From Lama glama (taxonomy: Eukaryota), in assembly GCA_028534125.1 (NCBI GenBank), contig CM052816.1, positions 83,454,001 to 83,518,000 of the forward strand: a stretch of DNA of 64,000 nt, read 5' to 3'. Of the stretch, positions 40,101 through 54,510 are shown piece by piece. Every line of letters starts with the position of its first letter. The stretch's first letter is position 1. The translations under genes were made by a program, and so were the position numbers. A model generated the notes under the pieces. It did not search any database. It saw only the letters and a program-made list of their open reading frames with translations, and had not been told where the DNA came from.

Positions 40101-43100
40101 ATACTGTGTATAAACTACTTAATGCAATACCTTAATGTGATAACGTCTCAAAAATAATTGTTATAATTATTAATAATATGGTTATTAATTTCAACATATT
40201 ATATTTTATAACAACTCAATAAAAGGTAAAGAATCTGAGTTAATATTATAGCAGATTGAGTTTATGGCAGAAATGTAGTCCAATATTGAATCCAGAGTTA
40301 TTAGCTATGTGATTTTTTGACAAGATACATAATTTCTCTGGGATTCAGATAGTTTACCTGTATAACAATGAGAGTATTGTCAGTGCATGCAGGCATAAGT
40401 AAATGCCAACCAATCGTAGATTTTTGAAGGACATAATCAGTTGCTTCTAAAGCATAATAACCCAATCTTGCCAGTTATCTGGATAATTTATAAATTACCT
40501 TCCTAAAAAATCATGAGTCCAATGTTATAACAATTAAGATTTAGCATCAAAAATCATAAAGATCACTAAGCAGAGGTTGTGAACGTATGTACAGATATGA
40601 GACAAAAATTACATGTGACAGGCAACAATGTTTCAAAGCCTAATATTTTCTAGGCACACTTTGTTCTCTATTTAGATGGATAGAATTGGATAAAAGATTT
40701 TTTAACTGATACATTCTTGTGTGTGTGTGTCCTGAGCTATTGACTTACTATGACAATATGTCTTATAATGAATATATGTTAACATAAAAAAAATTAAGTA
40801 ACCTCTGGGCAATGTATGTCAGTTTTGACTGTATATAAAAGAAGAGTGAAAATGTCTAAATGTCTTTGTTGGATAAAAATGAAAAGTGCCAGGAAATTTA
40901 TAAATATTAACAGAATAACTGAATATTCAGTGGATTTTTTACTTCTGTGATATCAAGAAGCATATAGTGAAAATGGCAAAACCAATCTGTCAGTTAAGTT
41001 AAGGAAGACGAGAAAGATGTCTTTCTTCATTTTCCCAACAAGAAAATTTAGGGCCCTGGCAGTGTCAGTTCTCTGGAGTGTTTCCAAAAGAAGTAATTTC
41101 CCCTAAACCTACTAGTTTCTCCTTTAGAAGAAGTCTTTAACGTTTGTTCTTTTAATTAGGAGATTAATCTTCTTCCTCATACTTAGTTGTAGTGTAATGT
41201 AGTGTAAAGACTATAAAATATTTCCTGTTTGGTCACTGCATTTCAATAAGAAGGTTCCTACTTAAAGAGCCTCTACTGTATTTAATTGCATCATGTTATC
41301 TCAAGTTGAAAATCAAATATGACGTGGGAGTAATTTTTTTTCTATGACAAAAACCCAAAAAGGACCATTTTACTACCAACAGACATTGAAAAATCATCTG
41401 AAGTCAACATTGGCCTAAGGCAGAATTCATCTGCTCTAAGTGGTCAAATGATGACATTGTTCAGACTACTACCAGATAAAGAATATGTATCTATTTGATA
41501 GGGATTGAAAGAACTGAAGGAAAAGTTTAAAACAAAACTTAACTCTGTGTGTATATGTCTGTGTGACACACACAATTTGTTCCCACAGGAGATTTTCAAT
41601 GGAAGCAATACTGTTTGGTATAACTTCAAGTTCCTTGCTTTGCCCTGCATGGTTTTTAGGGATTTTGAATTATAACCAGCATTTATGTATCTGATGTATT
41701 GCCCAGAAAAGGAATTGTCCTAAGACAATTACAAAATAATTTGTAAGATTAGGCTTGGCTGTTGAGGATAGAATCAATCCAATATCTTCACCATACAAGT
41801 CAGAGGAGTTTGTATGTAACAAGGAGCAGTGTTTCTGGAGAAGACAAGTAAAAAAAAATTTACATGGAGTAGTGACACTGTTGACAAATCCTTGAAGTAA
41901 AGGGAAAAGACATTTTTAGGAAACTGTAAGAATTTCACATGCTAAGACACAGCATTTCACAGTGCATTCTCCTATAATGCGTATACTGGGTATTTTATAT
42001 AAGACGTTAATTGAATAAGAAGTATGTGGTCAGATACATTAAGAAAATATTTAGCTTAAGCATTCAGATTTCTTTACTGAAGAACCCCCCTGAGTCTACT
42101 ATACCAGAATCTATTCTGCATTTCCAGAAGAAAGTAAAGAAATAAGAATTTTCCAATCTTACTTAAACAAAATAATAATTTTAAAAGACTCTTTATATTG
42201 TTATAAAATTTGGAAGATGGATTGGTTAAAATAAAGATAATCAGTTGCAGAATGTTGAAACTTGAGGCTAGAGATATATGTGGTGGCGAGTTTATGAAAG
42301 CTTTTAGCACAGCAGGAAATTTTGGTTATAACCTTTTGACAGTTTTATCAGGTAGGAATGGACTTAGCTGCATGTAACAGAAAACCTAACAAAAGATTAA
42401 GTAAATGGATATGTTTTTCTGATGTAACTAAAAGTTCAGAATTATATATATGTATTTCTCATATGTATACATGTATACATATATAAATGCATATATATAT
42501 GAATTTAATGTGAATTTAATATATGATGTATAGTGTATTATTACATATTGCATTATACAATACACATGACATACTATAGCTTATAGTCTACATTATATAT
42601 TATATACAGTTGGCATTTTTAACATCCTATCTGATAAATCTTTAGCTAAATCCACTAATTTATTTTTATGCTTTCTTTTTTCATGTTACTACAGGTGACT
42701 GTGTTGTCAAATTTCCATTACTATTAATAGCAATTACAATTAATTTCAGTTTTATCCATATTGATTTATGACATGAGTCCAGCTCAGATTCAATAGAAAG
42801 GGAACCACATAATCATATAAATTCCAGGAGGTTCAGTTCATCAAGGGCTGTATTTGGACAAGAGGAGGTATTTGATGCCTTCTAGAACGTATGAACAGTA
42901 TGGAGGAAAGGTGGGCAGGGCTGAAGCCTACGAAGCCTTGGCTTTCCAGAGGAGAATATAAACAACAAAGTAGATAAATTTGAACCAGCTAAAGGGAAAC
43001 CTCCAAAAACTCAACAATCTTTGCTTATTTTAGAATATTACTTCCTTTTAGACTTGGCATTTTAAAACCAAAATATAGTCTCCTCTTTGAGTTCTTGCTG

Positions 43101-44449
43101 CTGCTGTAATTTTATCATTGTCATATTTTCTAAACATAAATTGGGAATAGCTATGTATGTGACTTCTATTAAAAGTACAAAGAATGCAAAAGGCATATTC
43201 TAATGATGTCTATAATGGAAAAAAATGAAGACATATTACAATACAATTAGGCTTTTTCTAGAAAGTTTTATAAAGGTTACAGAATCTGAAATAATATATA
43301 TATAATATTCAGAATATGTGAGATGAGAGAGGTTTTAAAATGTTTTACACATAAATATGCTTAGATTATTTACATAAAATTTAATTTGTTTGATTGTTAC
43401 CATGTTCATAAATAGCACAACATTGAACATTTAGAAATGCAAATGAACTATTGGAAAGTTACAGATATGTTACTTGAAACTTACATTTTGAATTTTTTCA
43501 TTAAAGTTATTTAAATAGAATTTTATAGCATTTATTCTCCTCCCTGTTCTCAAGTTTTACTTATCTCTAAAGTGTAGTCACTTGAAAGAATGAATCTAAT
43601 GCTTGCATATAACTAGCATAGTAATTTTCTGAATAGTTTTGCTACCAGTAAATACAGAGGGGACTATTGATCAAATATCCAAATTTAATTCAGAAAAGGT
43701 ATTATTTCTTTTTTTTTCTTAATGCTTCTTTCTAGGATTCCTATAGTGTATATTAGGTGACTGATGCTTACTTTCTAAGTCATCAACTTTTTATGATATA
43801 ATTATTCAATCTTCCCCCATGTAGCATTTTCATCCTGTACCTCACCACTGTTATTGTCAGTTAATCAGATATAATTTTCTTCAGTAATAGGCATAATGCC
43901 TGAATTTGCCATGGATTTCGTCACTGATTGATTCTAAATTTTTAATGTGGTATTCTTGTATTTTCTTTCACAGACCCTTTAAGATGGTAAGTAAACTTGC
44001 AAGCACCATCTTAGAGGGTACCCTGTAAGATTTACTTTATTTTTAGAGCTTATTCTTGTGCTTGATAAAGCTCCATTTAGGTGAGTGCCCTTGAAAGAAA
44101 TTAAAGCAAGGATAAATGATGTTGCTAAAGTACACACAGACACATACTGATAGTTCATAATTTGTTATAGAGTTTTTTCAATGTTTCTAAAGTAGTCATT
44201 ATGTGGGTCTTCCTGGGAGCTATGTATGTCAAATCTACAAAGATGCTATGCTCTTTTGTGAGTAGATCTTTCTATATTATATAATAGTATTTGTGACCTA
44301 CAAAGAAAGGAATTCAAGCATTAATTATTCTTAATTAATTATCCGAACTATTAGCTTTTCCAAGATTGTACTGTTTCTATCCCATGTGTACCTTTCTTAA
44401 ATTTCTGAAATCTAGAATATAGGCATTATTTAGCTATTTGTAACAATAA

Positions 44450-44980
44450 TCCTATGTAGTGAGCAGTGCCAAAATCTCATTGTCATATTACAACTAGTAT
44501 TTCTTTAGGTCATATTTCCTGTGGTCTAGATTCAGGCAGATCTGCTTCAGGTGGGATGGACTTGATCATTACCTATCCATTAACAGGTATTTGATTGACC
44601 TGGATTAGCCTCTGTAACTCAGCTGTACTGCAGTGGCTCTGCTTCCCTTGCCTCCAAGTCTTTTCTAATGGATCAACAATGGATAGTTTGGAGATGTTCT
44701 TTTCATGGTGATGGCAGAGGTATGAAAGAATAAACAAACAAAATGCACTACTTCATATGTCTTGGTTCAGAAGCAGCCTATCATCATTTCCACCTAATTC
44801 AACCAGCCAAAGCAAGTCACATGGCAAAACCCAAGTCCAAGAGATGGGAAAATATTCACTTCACCCAATACCTCCCTCCACACCCACCTCTTTAGTGGGA
44901 GGAACTGAAAAGTCATATATTGATGAGCACACATCCAGGAGGGGTGAGCGATGCAGGCCAGCAGTGTGAGCAACCACAGA
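44450..44980 (-). mobile_element. MLT1 (MaLR) LTR
   Basis: gttcttttcatggtgatggcagagg...ccagccaaagcaagtcacatggcaaaacccaagtc...gtgggaggaactgaaaagtcat. Confidence 0.75.
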
Positions 44981-47900
44981 ACTAGTCTCTGGAAATCTAT
45001 TTCATAAACATATTAATACATTCGCGTTTTTACTTACAGAAAAAATATACTTCACATGGAGTAAATTAAATTAGCTCCCTTAAAACAAAACTGATTCTCT
45101 AATTCACTAACATTTTGATGGTGATTTAAACTGATGATTTTCAGTTTTAAGAATTCAGTAGGAAGTAGTTTTAATATTTGTTTTGTAGTCGAACAATTCT
45201 AACTAGGCATAATTTGTAAGAATTCCAATTTTAAACTTTATATTTCATGGCAATTTTCAGAAATGTATAAAGTGCTTAAGCAAATATCGAAAATTAGCAA
45301 TGAAGGATTAAATTCTTAAAATAATAGTTACAATATAAATTGATAATTACAGTATTTTTTTTTCTCTGGATTAAAGTTAATAATAGATTTAAACTACTAA
45401 TAAATAAAAAGTGTTTATCTCACCAGGGTTTTAATAGAACTTAAATTATATTTACATGATTAGTATTAAGGCTTTACTAGAGTGAGTAATAGAAGTACTA
45501 TCTACACACTTTATGTCGGAACATTCCAGGATCTTAGGAACTCAACTCATTTTCAATCTGCGTGGATACTGCTTGGATATGGTTGTATTTATCAATATGA
45601 TCAGGGTAACCAATAACTTTGGTCCTTATTTTAATGAAAATTTATAGTAAACTAAGTAATATCAAAATTTCCCAGGTTGGGTTATAGATAAAATTATATA
45701 GCCTGAGGAAAAATGCTGCCTATTACTCAATTTATATGTCATTTTCCTTTATATAAGATACTTTCTGTACTTAAGCACTTCTCAATTAATTAACCATAGC
45801 TGGAAATAGCATTGTATTTAAAATCTCAGGCTATGTATCTTCTGGAGTTATTTTGCTATTGTTGTCTCAGTCATACACTTTGCAAAGCTGTCATTCCACA
45901 CATGTGAAATGGGACAAGCTATCTCGGCAAGCCCTTTGGACATCATTAAAGAATACTGTCATCCACAGCATTTGTTTCATTTTTTTAAAATTTGCTCTTG
46001 TGAGTCAAGACAAGAGCTTAAGACATTCAGGGGTGAACTACTTTTATGCTGTAACTTTGCTCTGAGAATAACTTAAGGCAGCATTGCTTGAAATACACTT
46101 TGATTTGCTTCAGCGGATGAGAGGAAAGGTCGAGGAACTGCTCCACAACTGATTGGGCACCCAAAAATATGTTTGCTTCGCCCTCAAGTTTTTTAGGTTG
46201 TTCAGCATTCATACAAACTCTAAATAACATGCACAAAGAAAACAAAGCTCTGAGGACTAGTACATGGTACAGAACGGCTTAATGATCTCTCAGCAGAGTC
46301 TTAAAAACACAAATGTGTGAGCTGTGATTTAGACTCAGACCATATGAAGAACAGAAAATAATATCAGAGGGAGATTTAGAACATGCATTTTCCCCAGGGT
46401 TAGTGATCCAATTACCATTAGAGACATGTGGAAAGGGACTCTCACTTATCTTTAGACAGTCTAATTTGAAATGCCTATTTCAGTTCTCTTCATCACATTT
46501 ATATTTCAGAAGCACTGTCTTGTTTATGATCCCTCATGTGATGACACGCAGGATAATATAAAAAGGTTGACAACATAAAAATACAATGCTGTATATTTAC
46601 TAAAGCTGAAAGACAAAACAAAGCAACATAGAAAGGCTTATTTTATTAATTTTGCTCTTGCATATATCCTTATTTCTTGCCCATATTTAGAGAAGACAGG
46701 TTATTCTGAGTTACATTGTGAGTGGCACATAATACAAATCACCCTCACCCCCTCCACTTGAGAAGATGTTAGTACCTCAGTGGCCAGGTGGAACTGGAAA
46801 GGATGTTGGTGTGAAAGGGGAACAAACTCTCACAACGAGACTCTTCCTTTCTCTTCAATTACTATAAACCAAAGCTCAATAAAACTGAAAGGGAAGGCTC
46901 AGACTGGTTTCAGCATAAAATGCTTATGCATGTTTACAGGCTGTGATGTTTACATAAGTCTTTCTTTCCTTCTGTAATACATTTCTACATCACAGATTAA
47001 ATTTACCTGCTCAAAAGTGAATCATCTTAGCATGCTACACTTGAAGGCCATATTGTCATGATCCGTACGCTGTTTTTCATTCAGAATGACTATTCTATTA
47101 CCAGATTTGCTATGTAACGTGTTTCTGGCATTGGCTACGTTACCTGATGGACTGTACTGAGTACCATCGACCTGTACAGAGTGTTCTGTAATCTAATAAG
47201 AAAGCTAAGATATAGTTACAACAAATCACATAGAACCATAATGTTTGTTTCTTCAAGTGAATCTTTTCTACTCAGCTAAAATTCAAGTGAAGAAAACTAA
47301 TTAGTATTTGTCCTTGATTTTCCAAAATGACTTCTTCAATTATACGTACAATAAAATCATATCATAGCCTGGACTAGTTGGAGGTGGGTTAAGTGGAAAA
47401 TACACTTAGTGAAATAACTTTTAAGCAGATTTCCAAGATACGCATAAAAGTCACGTCAAAATGATAGGGGGGAATAAAAGGGTTAAGTGATCGTTCCAGT
47501 CAGATCAGCGAACAAAAGCACGAGGTCTTCTTTTAAGTAGCTGTTATTCTTCATGTCATATTCACTTCGGATTTTATTTTAAATTTTTTTTTCTCTTCTC
47601 ACTCAGCTTACTCTCTCTGAACAATTATTTCCACTGTCACTGTAGATTCACACACACACATACACACACACAACAAGGTATTTTCTCTTTAAATTCCCAG
47701 TCAACTAAAGCACAAAGACCATTTATAAGTCAAGACCTCACCCCTTACATATCTTTTTTCATACATTTAATATGTTAGTGAATGACTTGTTCAGTTCTGT
47801 ATTTAAAAATGATTACCAATTTCTTTAAATTCTACTTTCTAAATATATTTCGAATTAGCACATTTCTCTCATTCTGTGCTATAAACACCAAAGGTATCAC

Positions 47901-48334
47901 TTGGATGACTACTGTCATCTTCTAAATGTTTTCTAACACTCATTGTCACAAAATTTCAACCCATTTCCCAACCGAAGTGACCTTTTGTGACAAACAGTAA
48001 TAGCATTTAATGCTATGTCATGTATGTGAGGAAAGGGGGGCAGTATTCATTATCCTACATTTTACATTTCTGGAGACAGAGCCCAATTCTCTAATTACCG
48101 GGAGAAATCAATTTTAAAAAACTACAGATGCTACATTTCATCCACTATTTATTTTCTCTTTCAGACTCTCGAGTTTTGAAATATATTTTTCTCTTTCTCC
48201 TTCCAAATCTCTGTGGAAAATGGAGATAAGTCACAAGTAGCTTAAACTGCTCTCTCATTCTCTGTCTCTCAAATGCTTTTCCTATAGTTGTTAGTGTTTT
48301 CCTATCCACTTCTGCCTATATTATTATTCAGAGT

Positions 48335-48640
48335 AATTGTTTGCTGTAACAGATAAATAAAAAAAATCCAGCACAAACCTAAATCTCTGTGTCTCATTGG
48401 GGTGACTGTCCATAAATAGAGAAACCAAAGTCCTATTTTAAAGCTCTTTTATCTTCAACATATTGCACCTAAGATCACCAGGAAGGGGATCAAGGAAGAT
48501 GGAACATACGTGGAAAGATTTAATGGGCCAGGCATACAGCCTTAACTTCACTTCTCTTCATATTCTCACTGCCAAAACCCAGCCATGTGGCCATGCCTAA
48601 CTGCAAAGGAAACTAAAAAATATGTTCTGTCTGACCAGCA
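48335..48640 (-). mobile_element. Old MLT1 LTR
   Basis: ttgctgtaacag...tgggccaggc...cacttctcttcatattc...gccatgtggccatgcctaactgcaaagg. Confidence 0.65.
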
Positions 48641-48959
48641 AATCTACTGGTACAGGGTTTCTCTTAGTGGATGGTGGTTTGAAAAAAGTAAGCTCTTCTG
48701 CCTTTAGATTCATATCCAAATCAGTTACTGTGCTTCATTTTATTAACAATAAAGCTGATAACATTCTTCGGTTTGTTTCTCAATTGTTTTAGAAGTAGTC
48801 TTCTCCTTGCCTTCAGTGGATATGCAAATGGTGTAAATGACTAATAAACCCTGCTTATTTTTTCTGCTTTGGTCTTCTTTCCCATACTCTCTGCTTTGCA
48901 AAAACTCGCTGACTTCCTTTACTGTTTTACTTACACTACAGATGGGCAAAGAACATTCC

Positions 48960-49257
48960 TGCCATAGACACCATGATGCTTTTGGACACTTTCCAGTGGA
49001 GGATTCATTCTTCATCCCCATCCATCCTAACATCTTATCTTTTGGGTCTCTTACAGACATTCTCTGCCTTAGGAAGCTTTACTTGACTTCTGATACTCTA
49101 AGTTAGATGTGCCTTTTAGTACTCCCAAACAACCTATTATAACACATATCACAATGCCTTACAATCATCTGCTTCTTTGTCTACCATTCCTAATAGAAAT
49201 TAGAACACAGATCTTGCCTTCTATTGAATTTCCAGTGACAAACTGGCATAGTGCCTG
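48960..49257 (+). mobile_element. LINE-2 3' end
   Basis: ccttaggaagctttacttgac...gccttacaatcatctgc...tttccagtgacaaactggcatagtgcc. Confidence 0.6.
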
Positions 49258-49608
49258 TGTATTAATTTCTTAGGACAGAATTAAAATTCTCATAAACTGG
49301 GTGCCGTAAACAGCAGGGATGAATTCCCTCACAATTCTGGAGGCTAGAAAACCAACATCAGGGTTGGCAAGGTCATACTTCTGCTGAACACTCAAGGGAA
49401 ACATCATTCCCATGCTTCTCTGCTGGCTTCTAGTGGGTGCAGTAATTTCTGGTGTTCTTTGGTTTGTAGATGTATCACTTCAATCTCTGCCTTCATATTT
49501 GCTTGGGGTTCTCCCCTCTGTGTTTGTGGTCTTCATATGGTCTTCTTATAAGAACATAAGTCAATGGATTTAGGGTCCACCTTGTTCCAGTATGATCTCA
49601 TTTTAACA
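49258..49608 (-). mobile_element. MLT1A/B-like MaLR LTR
   Basis: tgtattaatttcttagg...ctcacaattctggaggctagaa...cttcaatctctgccttc...ggatttagggtccacc...ccagtatgatctcattttaac. Confidence 0.88.
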
Positions 49609-51314
49609 GAAAAGTCAAATGAGAGAGGCCAAACACCATTCATTAATGTTGATCGACTCATATATTAGTTCTTCATGGTTATCGTAATTATTGAATGACT
49701 AGTAAATAGTTTGTTTTGTATTCAATGATTTATATTTAATTACTTTTAATAAATATAGTTCCATATCAAAGATAATGAAGCAATATATAATACTACATAA
49801 ATTTTATACAAATTATTATCATCTCCTTTGTGAAATTATTCATTACCTCAAATGTAACTGAGTTGAGAACATGTGTTAATTGTGAAATGGATTATGGTAT
49901 TTCTCATTATAAATACTATAAAAATATCTTAATGAAAAAATACATGATTGCTTTAATAGACATAACATGTTACAATTAAACATAATGTTATAATTTGACC
50001 ACATTGCTAGATCTCATGAAATGTGAGAATAATAAAATCTAAGGCATATTCACATTAACATATTTTCAGTTTCAAATATATTATTTGACAAATGAAATAG
50101 TATATAATGAAAATAAGTCAGAAAATCATCGTGAAGCCCCTGGAAAATGCCCCAAGCCCAGTAACTGTTTACTCATTCTCCTGAAACCAGAACCTAACTG
50201 ACTTTGTTCCCCAGAGACCATAGCCAACCATGATCTTATCTGCAAACTCTCTGCCTCCTTGTCCCCAGCTGGATAGGTTGTTCTACATATTCATTCTTCT
50301 ACTGGACATCTAAACTCTCTCTCACCTTCCATAACCCAGAATATCCAAGAACCCTGGATAAGTCAATCTGCCACAGCAAAGAGCAGTGTTTCCTTTCCTG
50401 AGCTACCTTGTGTGCTGCAACACCTTGCAAATAGACAAGAATCATGTTTTGGTCTCTAAATTGGATATAATTCAATGTAACAGATAAAGCCTAAAATGTC
50501 ATGTTGACCTAAACCTGGGTGTGTCACTGGGGTGACTGTTCATAAATCAGGGACTCAGACTCCCTCATTTTATAGAATTGAATATATTTTTCTATAATAT
50601 CAATATCTAATTTGAGAGGAATTTTTTGCAAGCTGACTTCCCAAATGCAATTCCAGTGACAATAGGAATGGTTAATATTTCAGTAAGAATCAAGTCTCAA
50701 TGAATCACTTGGGGAAATTTAAGTAACTTTAAAAACAGTATGTCAGGAGACATAGATTAAAAAAAGGAGGCCTATTTTCTTCCTTACTACAGATTAAATT
50801 GCTCAGTGTTCAGAAGAGCAAAAGAAAACATTTAGAAAATGGATAAACTTGATTATTTTATTAGTACTATAAAAAGGATAGAATCATAACCACAATAAAA
50901 GTAAGGAGTTATTGTGAAGACATATAAATCATATTCAATTCCCAGCACTGTTCAGAGTGTACATTAGTAAATATGAAAAGAGAGAGACAAACAGTACTGG
51001 AGATACATTTAATGGGTTCCAAGGTGAGGAGAAAACATTTAAAAGTGAATTTCGACAGCAAGGATAATCTATTATAGCCATAAATAAACTACTGTGAGTC
51101 CAGGAGAGCAATTTAAAATTATAAATGAATGTTTTACTTATGAGACACAAAACTGTGATGACCAAAAAAGTAGAAAGAAAGTTCAAGAAGGTTTTCACCA
51201 ATATTCTATAGACAAGGATTAGAAGTTGAACACAGAACATGTCTCTATTTAGGCCTGCATGGTTTTTATAGTTGACTTTATTTATGTTAAAAATGTTAAT
51301 TACTAAACAATGTA

Positions 51315-52476
51315 TTCTCCAATGAAGTCATACAAATAGCCAATAGGCACATGAAAAAATGCTCATTATCACTAATTATCAGAGAAATGCAAATCAAAAC
51401 TACAATGAGGTATCACATACCAGTCAGAATGGCCATCATTCAAAAGTTCACAAATGACCAATGCTGGAGAGGATGTGGAGAAAAGGGAACCTGTTGGTGG
51501 GAATGTAGTTTGATGCAGCCATTTTGGAAAACAGCATAGAGATTCTTCAAGACACTAAAATAGACTTATCAGACTTGTGGTTACCAGGGGGGTGGAGGGT
51601 GGGAAGGGATAGACTGGGATTTCAAAATTGTAGAATAGATAAACAAGATTACACTGTACAGCACAGGGAAATAAACACAAATTGTTATGATAAATCACAG
51701 AGAAAAAAATGTGACAATGAGTGTGTATATGTCCATGACTGACTGAAAAATTGTGCTGAACACTAGAATTTGACACAACATTGTAAAATGATTATAAATC
51801 AATAAAAAATGTTAAAAAAAATAGACTTATCATTATGATCCAGCAATCTTACTCCTGAGCATGTATCTGGAGGGAACTCTAATTTGAAAAAATACATGCA
51901 CCCCAATATTCATAGTAGTACTACATACAATAGCCAAGACATGGAAGCAACCTAAATGTCCACCCAGAAATGACTGGATAAAGAAGTTATGTTATACTTA
52001 TATGGTGGAATACCACTCAGTGATAAAAAAGAATTAAATAATGCCATTTGCAGCAACATAGGTGGACCTGGAGATCATCATTATATGTGAAGTAAGCCAG
52101 AAAGAGAAAGAAAAATACCACGTGATGTCACTCATGTGTGGAATCCAAAAAAAAAAAGAAAGAAAGAAAGGAAAAAGAGAACACTAATGAATTTACCTAC
52201 AAAACAGAAACAGACCCAAAGACAGTAAACTATCCTATGGTTACCGAGGGGAAGGAGGTAAGAAGGGATAAATTTGGGATTTGAGATTTACAAATATTAA
52301 CCACTAAATATAAAAATAGATAAACAAATTTCTTCTATATAGTACAGGGAAGTAATTCAATATTTTCTAATAACCTTTTATGAAAATGAATGTATTGATA
52401 TATAAGCATAACTAGGACATTATGCTGTACACCAGAAATTGGCACACTGTAACTAATAATACATCAATTAAAAAAG
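51315..52476 (+). mobile_element. 5'-truncated L1 (ORF2 C-terminus and 3' UTR) hosting a nested L1
   Basis: ORF 51351-51539 [22 protein letters not shown]...[10 protein letters not shown] is the L1 ORF2 C-terminal region; 3' UTR ends catcaattaaaaaag; possible TSD aaacaatgtat / aaagaatgcat. Confidence 0.95.
51572..51817 (+). mobile_element. Younger camelid L1 3' end nested in L1, perfect 15-bp TSD
   Basis: TSD aaaatagacttatca at 51557-51571 and 51818-51832; insert ends cattgtaaaatgattataaatcaataaaaaatgttaaaa. Confidence 0.95.
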
Positions 52477-53109
52477 AAAAGAATGCATGGCTTATTCCAT
52501 AGAATGCATTCAATTATTCTCCTCTAATCCTTAGTTGTTCATATGAAATTCTGAGGTTTGCAGATTTCTTGAAATATTGCTTAAAGCAGTGTATGACCTG
52601 AATAATTGACATTTAAAAAAAAAGAATCTATATGTTGGCTGGTTGCTGGCTATCCTAGTTAAAGAGAATACTTTAAAAAGCTTACTATGGTGCAGTTCTC
52701 ACAATTACTCTGTTAATATCTTCAAATAATATTTCAGCCCTTGAAAAGTAACTGTCATAAATAGAGAGTGATTATGTCTCACACAGTTTACATATTTAAC
52801 ATTAGCTTCTCTGCAAGATAAGAAAATATTCTGGACCATACTTTTAAAGTTTAGACATGTAACTCTAGATGATTATAATTATTCTGAAGTATGGTGTTTT
52901 GGGCTCTCTTCTGCAGAGATTTAAGAAACCGTAAGTGACTTTTTTTATATTGAGAGGTCTAGATGGAGAATGAGTTCTGCTATTTTCTTTACTCATCTTC
53001 TTTATCTTGCTCTTCTTATTATTTCTTGAAGAAAGAGTGGCTCTGAATCTTGGCATATGTCTTATAAGAACAGCTATATAAATTGTTTTTACAAAAAAAA
53101 AAATCAAGA

Positions 53110-53548
53110 TTCAGTTTTCCATAGGTAGGATTCAGATAGGAAGTTCCATCCCAGAGTTTTCCATGAGAGAACAATCTTACAGTCCCTGTAGCTAAAGAAG
53201 CCAGGGGCTGGTGGGCTGCATTTTTTACCATTATGTTGTCTTGGGTAGAAGGAGCTGATTCACCAAGTTTAAACCTTGTCCTGATAAAATTCCTCCTCCA
53301 ATAACTAGTAATTATGGAGTTCAAATTCCTTGCTCTTTTGCCTTGATATGGGCAATTTCTGAAAGCCCACACCAGCTTCAGAGCTCCCCGTGGTATCTCC
53401 TGTGTTCTCAGCTGCAATTTCACTGAACATAAAATATTATCTCTGCCCTGTCCAAAATCCCCACTCGTTTACACATATTCCCCCAATAAACCTCTGAATG
53501 CCAATTTTCAGTTCAGGCTCTGTTTCTACAGTACTAAACCTAAACTAA
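53110..53548 (+). mobile_element. LTR16-like ERVL LTR
   Basis: 3' end cccccaataaacctctgaatgccaattttcagttcaggctctgtttc...aaacctaa. Confidence 0.6.
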
Positions 53549-54159
53549 GTTTAAAATTAAAAGCAAGTTGAACGTCCATTGAGATAACACAGAGGATCAG
53601 ATTGTCAGGTTAGACTCCTGTGAACTAGAAATCTTACCCACTTTCAAACTTTATAATTATTTCAAGAATACAAATAATCAAAATGCACAGACCAAGGAGG
53701 TAGAGATCCAGGATCTCTTGTAACACATCCTAGGTCCTTTTTTTCTACTATTGGACATACTTAGTCTTGGGAAAAATAGATGAAATTTCTAAGTAAAGTG
53801 TAGGTAAACTCACACAAACATAGCCATTTAGGTCATGAGACATCTACATTTTATACTCAGATCATTACACAGCTTATGTGACATTGTCAAGGGAGCCATG
53901 TCCTATAAATCCATAGACCAACAGTGTATTAACAGTAAGCAAACCTAGATAACTGGGAACAATGTTAAAAGTATTTCACAGATAAGAACTCTCATGCCAG
54001 AAAAAAAAAAAAAAAGAAATTCAGACTTTTTGCCAGGAGATCTGCCATTATTGTTTACAAGGAAATGAGACTGGATACCTGTCTTCTACCTTTCCAGGGA
54101 AGAGAGACAGAACAGATCACAAACCTGATGCTTAACCCCTTACTCTCCATCTATTCCCA

Positions 54160-54510
54160 GAGTGGATTAATAGAATGTGATATAGCCACAAAATAGACTA
54201 TCAGAAAGTGAAGAAATGAATGAAATACAACTATATCAACAACCTAGATGAATCTCATAAGCATAATAGTAGGAAAAAGAAACATAGCACACAATAATAT
54301 ACCCTGATTTATGCCATTATCTGTACATTTTAAACACAGGTAAAACTTAACTACATGTTAGTGGTACTAAACTTAGGAAGATGAAACAATGATTAGAAGG
54401 GAGTATAAAGGCGTCCTGTTCCATGACTTGGGTGTGGCTATTATATGAGTCTTCACTTGGTACAAATTTGCTATGCAATTTTCATTTTTAAAAAATAATG
54501 TTTAAAAACA
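54160..54510 (+). mobile_element. Ancient L1M 3' UTR
   Basis: agagtggattaatagaatgtgatatagccac...caacaacctagatgaatctcataagcataat. Confidence 0.7.

Noticed and set aside
53019..53423. 134-aa minus-strand ORF
   Set aside because: Mostly antisense to an LTR16-like element.
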